Positions 59,964 through 64,000 of a stretch of DNA of 64,000 bases are shown here, piece after piece. The notes beneath the pieces are model-generated. The model did not search any database, had not been told where the DNA came from, and worked only from the letters and a program-made list of their open reading frames with translations. Origin of the DNA: an uncultured archaeon (GTDB taxonomy: Archaea; Asgardarchaeota; Lokiarchaeia; Sigyniarchaeales; SOKP01); the NCBI GenBank assembly GCA_964632315.1, contig CAZWEM010000010.1, positions 32,001-96,000 of the forward strand. The letters are read 5' to 3'. A program made the position numbers and the translations under genes. Position 1 is the first letter of the stretch, and the number at the start of each line of letters is the position of its first letter.

Positions 59964-61250
59964 ATGTTTAGAAAATTTAAAGGAATATATAGAGAATATC
60001 CTAGCGCTTTCAAGGTATTAACATTAGCCACTTTTATTGATATGCTAGGTGGTTTCTTATTAATGCCTTTTTTTGCCTTATATATCACAGAGCGATTTCA
60101 TGTAGGGATAATAGAAGTAGGGCTCCTTATTTCAATAAATTCAGGAGGCAATATTATAGGAGGTTTAATTGGAGGGGCTTTAGCAGACAAATATGGGCGG
60201 CGTTCACTAATCTTATTTGGGTTGATTGTTAGTGGTGTAGGAAACATTCTTATGGGATTAGTTAATAATCTCATGCTATTTTATCTTTTAGCTGCATTTT
60301 TAGGTCTAATAGGAAGTTTTGGAGGACCAGCACGTCAAGCAATGGTATCAGATTTACTACCAAAAACAAAACAAGCAGAAGGTTTCGGGATCCTTAGAAT
60401 TTCATTTAATCTCTCAGCTACAATAGGACCGATACTTGGAGGTTTTTTAGCAACTCATTCCTACATGTTAATATTTATAGCTGATGCAGTGAGTAGTCTT
60501 ATAACTGCTGTAATCGTATTTCTTGTCATACCTGAAACAAAGCCTGAAAAAAAAGAAGATAAGTCTGAAGAAACAATAATTAAAACGGTTATAGGTTATA
60601 AAGATGTATTAAAAGATTGGTTATATATAAGTTTTCTTTCAGTGTCGGCAATAATGGTTATTGTATATATACAAATGAATAGCACTTTATCAGTTTTTTT
60701 GAGAGATGTCCACGGATTTCCAGCAAGTGGCTTTGGATTATTATTGAGCATGAATGCATTAATGGTCGTACTTTTTCAATTTTGGATAACTAGGAGGATA
60801 TCTAAACGAAATCCAATGAAAATGATGGTCTTGGGTACTTTTTTCTATTTGGTTGGTTTTAGTATGTATGGGTTTGTTGCTGAAATATATCTCTTCTTTA
60901 TTGCCATGATTTTTATAACTATAGGAGAAATGATTGTCACTCCTATTGGGACAACCATTGCTTCAATTTTTGCTCCTGAGGATAAGCGAGGGCGATATAT
61001 GGCAATGTATGGTTTCCATTGGGCAATTCCTAATATTTTTGGAGTGTTACTGGCAGGTTTGGTTTGGGATTCTTTAGGTGCATTCTGGGTGTGGTATTTT
61101 GCAGGAATTCTGTCTCTTATTTCTATGATTGGATTTTGGTTTCTCCGTAGTGCTGCTAAAGATCGTTTAGCGAGAGAAATGGAACAAAATATAATTCAGA
61201 TTCATCAAACTGAAATTTCTGAAGAATTAAGTGATCTAACTTATGAGTAG
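59964..61250 (+). CDS. MFS transporter (MdtH-like), paralog 2
   Basis: GGALADKYGRR; closely similar to preceding gene over full length. Confidence 0.92.
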   Translation: MFRKFKGIYREYPSAFKVLTLATFIDMLGGFLLMPFFALYITERFHVGIIEVGLLISINSGGNIIGGLIGGALADKYGRRSLILFGLIVSGVGNILMGLVNNLMLFYLLAAFLGLIGSFGGPARQAMVSDLLPKTKQAEGFGILRISFNLSATIGPILGGFLATHSYMLIFIADAVSSLITAVIVFLVIPETKPEKKEDKSEETIIKTVIGYKDVLKDWLYISFLSVSAIMVIVYIQMNSTLSVFLRDVHGFPASGFGLLLSMNALMVVLFQFWITRRISKRNPMKMMVLGTFFYLVGFSMYGFVAEIYLFFIAMIFITIGEMIVTPIGTTIASIFAPEDKRGRYMAMYGFHWAIPNIFGVLLAGLVWDSLGAFWVWYFAGILSLISMIGFWFLRSAAKDRLAREMEQNIIQIHQTEISEELSDLTYE

Positions 61251-61287
61251 ATCTTTCCAGGTTTTGCAATCTAATCAATTGTAATAG

Positions 61288-61629
61288 TTAGAGAGGAGAG
61301 GTTCTTCTTTTTTTAACACTTTTGAAGATTGTTAGCGTTATTATAACTCCAATGCATCCTACGACTATACTTGTAATAAGTATTGCAGATATATCAGAAG
61401 GAGAAGAAGGAAGATTTAATGGAGGATCTTTAGAAATAAGATAATTATATGTTAGTATTGTATTGTTATAAAGTTCAGATTCAGTTTCGAGAATGAATAG
61501 GTTATCACCATAAAATAATTCTCTTTCAATTGTAAAATTCATAATAACTATTCCGTAAGAATTTGTTACGTACTCATTTTCAAATACTTTCGATGAGTTG
61601 TAAAGGATTTTTAGCCTAACATTGTGATT
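61288..61629 (-). pseudogene. Probable C-terminal remnant of a membrane-anchored surface protein (or small 84-aa membrane protein)
   Basis: Ends in Pro/Ser linker, TM helix and KKRR tail; frame open about 29 codons above the ATG up to a TAA; no signal peptide. Confidence 0.4.
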
Positions 61630-61655
61630 TTAATTCATAAATCAGATAAAAAGAA

Positions 61656-62054
61656 TTATCGATATAATGTCATATAAATATTGTAAAGTTTTTCCCATAA
61701 TCTTTCATCAGTTTTAATATAATTATGGACTTCATTGATTGAGACTTGTTTCCCTTCACTATTTGTGAAAAAAAAATTATCATTGTGAAAATGAACGGTA
61801 TAAATTTTTACGACTTCTTTAAAATATTGTATTAGTTGATTTCGTTCCCAATCTTGGAGTACACTCTTAAAACCCCCAATCATTTTAATTGGATTGGTCT
61901 CATAATCAATTTCCTTGAACTTCTCAGTTTTTTCTTTGATTCCACAATTGGGACATTCAACATAAAACTCATCTTTTTGATAGAATTCTTTACTAAAAAT
62001 GCATCCGCAGACAGGACAGATGAAACTTAGTCTTCCCAATATAGATTTTCCCAA
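61656..62054 (-). CDS. Zn-ribbon domain hypothetical protein
   Basis: CPVCG...CPNCG. Confidence 0.7.
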   Translation of the reverse strand: MGKSILGRLSFICPVCGCIFSKEFYQKDEFYVECPNCGIKEKTEKFKEIDYETNPIKMIGGFKSVLQDWERNQLIQYFKEVVKIYTVHFHNDNFFFTNSEGKQVSINEVHNYIKTDERLWEKLYNIYMTLYR

Positions 62055-62122
62055 ATACTATGTTTTAATAAAATTTAATCTTATTTAATTAAAAAGTTTT
62101 TGAGATGAGTTTTATGAAGTAC

Positions 62123-62422
62123 TCACAAGATTTCAAATATTTTCCTTGCTTTCTCATCTAATATTGTGTTATTAACTAGGTCCCAAATTTCAGAATAATA
62201 AAAATCCTTGTCGTTTTTAACGATTAATGGAATGCTTTCAACACAAGCACTCATATCACAGTATAAACTATTAAAAGTTGGATTTACCATTAAAGGGTCA
62301 TCGAAATCATCAGGATTTTGGTAATCTAATACTTTATAATCTACATTTTTATCTTTTAACCATTCTAGGAGTTTTTCACAGAAGTAGCAATCTTTTTTTA
62401 TTACAATTTTAAATGTTGTCAT
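62123..62422 (-). CDS. Glutaredoxin-like protein
   Basis: CYFC redox motif near N-terminus, cis-Pro-like SIP. Confidence 0.75.
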   Translation of the reverse strand: MTTFKIVIKKDCYFCEKLLEWLKDKNVDYKVLDYQNPDDFDDPLMVNPTFNSLYCDMSACVESIPLIVKNDKDFYYSEIWDLVNNTILDEKARKIFEIL

Positions 62423-62474
62423 ATGAGAAGAATTTAAAATAAGATAATTAAATGTTTATTTTATAATTTCAAAA

Positions 62475-63626
62475 TTATCTTTCTATTTCAAAAATTATTT
62501 TGAGATATTCATATTTCGAATTTAGTAATTTGAGAATCTTCTCAGAAAAATGTCTTAAATTTTTTGCATATATTGGAAAATCCTTTAATTGCTGATGATA
62601 AAATTCATGTATCATTTTTCTAGTTTCTTCTATTCCATTATTATCACAAAAATTTCTCCAATGGATAGAGATGTTCGTTAAATCATAAATCTCCTCATCT
62701 GAAAATTTAGATTTATTTAGAATATCATCATTATACTTTTGAAGAGCGCGTTTAAGATTATCAAAATAATCCGCAATAGATAAGGAGTATCGACATAGGC
62801 TTATCAAGTTAGATGTGATCCTAGAATTTCTTGTATTTGTAGCTTCTTCAAATGATTTCCAAGCGTCATTCCATTCTACTTTATGTTTACCTTCTTTACC
62901 ATCATTAATCATGGCAACATTAATGATATCACTTAAATCAACATCATGACCTCTTTTTATTTTCTTATCAAAAATATCTTTTAGGCTAGCACCTGATAGA
63001 TACGCGCCTGCTCCAAAATCTAAAATTTGATTTAAATTATTGGCAGCATAAAGGTGTCCTTTTCTAGCTTCTTCATTTAGTGATTTTTTCCAATTGACTA
63101 TCTTTTCCCATTCACCAGATTTCTTATTTTTGTTAAAACCGCATTCCTTTAAAGTTGAGTCTAACAAAGCAGTTTGGAACGTCCAAAAATCGATATCGTC
63201 GGTAAATCTTTTTCTTCTCCAATCTCTACTAGTATATTTCCCCAAATAGAGTTTTAAAGTTCCTCTTACTAAATTAAGTTTACCAGATTTTAATGCACTC
63301 TTCGCTTCTTCACAATAATAATGATCTGGATTGGTAGCGCAAGTTTCTATTTTTTTTAAAACGTTTCTAGCTTCTCCCGCGACAATATCACAGGGGATAT
63401 TCCCATCAGATGGATAAGGTCTCGATCCTCCTCGTATGTAATCTTGAAATAATTGATAATCATCATCGGAAATTGAATACCAAGGATTATGAAAAGTTGC
63501 TGAATTAAAAATATAGTGAGTAAAACCCTCCTCATCTTTCCAAGTTTTTTCAACTAGCGGTGATACATCTCTTAGGTTATCACCTTTCTCAACCGCATCA
63601 GCTTTAATATCCCAAAATCCATTCAT
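62475..63626 (-). CDS. Hypothetical protein with nucleotidyltransferase-like motifs
   Basis: LVRGT...RFTDDIDFW and KIKRGHDVDLSDI. Confidence 0.6.
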   Translation of the reverse strand: MNGFWDIKADAVEKGDNLRDVSPLVEKTWKDEEGFTHYIFNSATFHNPWYSISDDDYQLFQDYIRGGSRPYPSDGNIPCDIVAGEARNVLKKIETCATNPDHYYCEEAKSALKSGKLNLVRGTLKLYLGKYTSRDWRRKRFTDDIDFWTFQTALLDSTLKECGFNKNKKSGEWEKIVNWKKSLNEEARKGHLYAANNLNQILDFGAGAYLSGASLKDIFDKKIKRGHDVDLSDIINVAMINDGKEGKHKVEWNDAWKSFEEATNTRNSRITSNLISLCRYSLSIADYFDNLKRALQKYNDDILNKSKFSDEEIYDLTNISIHWRNFCDNNGIEETRKMIHEFYHQQLKDFPIYAKNLRHFSEKILKLLNSKYEYLKIIFEIER

Positions 63627-63748
63627 TCGAAAATCTCAAAACGTATTTATAAAAGTTAAATGAAAATCTCAAACTTAAATCTTTTTTCTATAATACATAG
63701 AAATTATTTATCGTATAGTATAAATATGATTTCTATCTCTTTCTCAGT

Positions 63749-64000
63749 ATGAAGAAACTCTTTTCAGTTTTTACTTATACACCATGGGATAAAGTTAACG
63801 CAGAAAAATTAACAGAGATAAAACTATTATCACTCAAAAGTATATTCGATAAATATCCCATTATTGAGCCAGGATTTTTTGATGATCTTTCACATAATAT
63901 TAGTAATAATCCTCATTATTCTTTGTTCGAAAGCATTAAGAGAATAATTGGTCCAAATAAAGAAGATTATGAGATTAATGATTGGATTTTTATTTGGGCA
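63749..64000 (+). CDS. Hypothetical protein (3'-truncated by window edge)
   Basis: ATG at 63749 followed by 84 open codons (MKKLFSVFTYTPWDK...) to window end. Confidence 0.65.
   Translation, partial: MKKLFSVFTYTPWDKVNAEKLTEIKLLSLKSIFDKYPIIEPGFFDDLSHNISNNPHYSLFESIKRIIGPNKEDYEINDWIFIWA

Noticed and set aside
1358-63553. Short ORFs in the track that overlap longer genes antisense or out of frame (e.g. 39123..39563, 35158..35577, 38340..38708, 49838..50161)
   Set aside because: Shadow ORFs of well-supported genes with no recognisable motifs.

Overview
AT-rich archaeal chromosomal window, most likely from an Asgard archaeon of the Lokiarchaeia type. The assignment is inferred from archaeal information-processing genes together with profilin-, roadblock- and longin-like proteins. 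Most of it is housekeeping: an ABC importer, a PiT/DUF47 phosphate locus, purB/purM, nadC, dinB, pyrC, SRP54, aIF5A, the proteasome-exosome superoperon, ECF and KEOPS/t6A genes, a 2-oxoacid:ferredoxin oxidoreductase operon, PFK and MFS transporters. There are four tRNAs, three with introns, two of them at non-canonical positions. The main finding is a protein-coding gene (alpha/beta hydrolase, 15051..14373, minus strand) interrupted by a 31-nt insert (14902..14932) that folds into a bulge-helix-bulge (BHB) motif. Cutting it by the tRNA-splicing-endonuclease rule restores the reading frame and the conserved HPHPxxGGxMxN motif exactly, which points to an mRNA intron spliced by the tRNA machinery. 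Other points of note are an asymmetric ABC ATPase pair, two probable ATT/ATA start codons, a PEP-utilising enzyme cassette inserted in the exosome operon, and several degenerate-motif proteins. No CRISPR array, rRNA or transposase was seen. All calls come from motif recognition by eye; no database searches were run.
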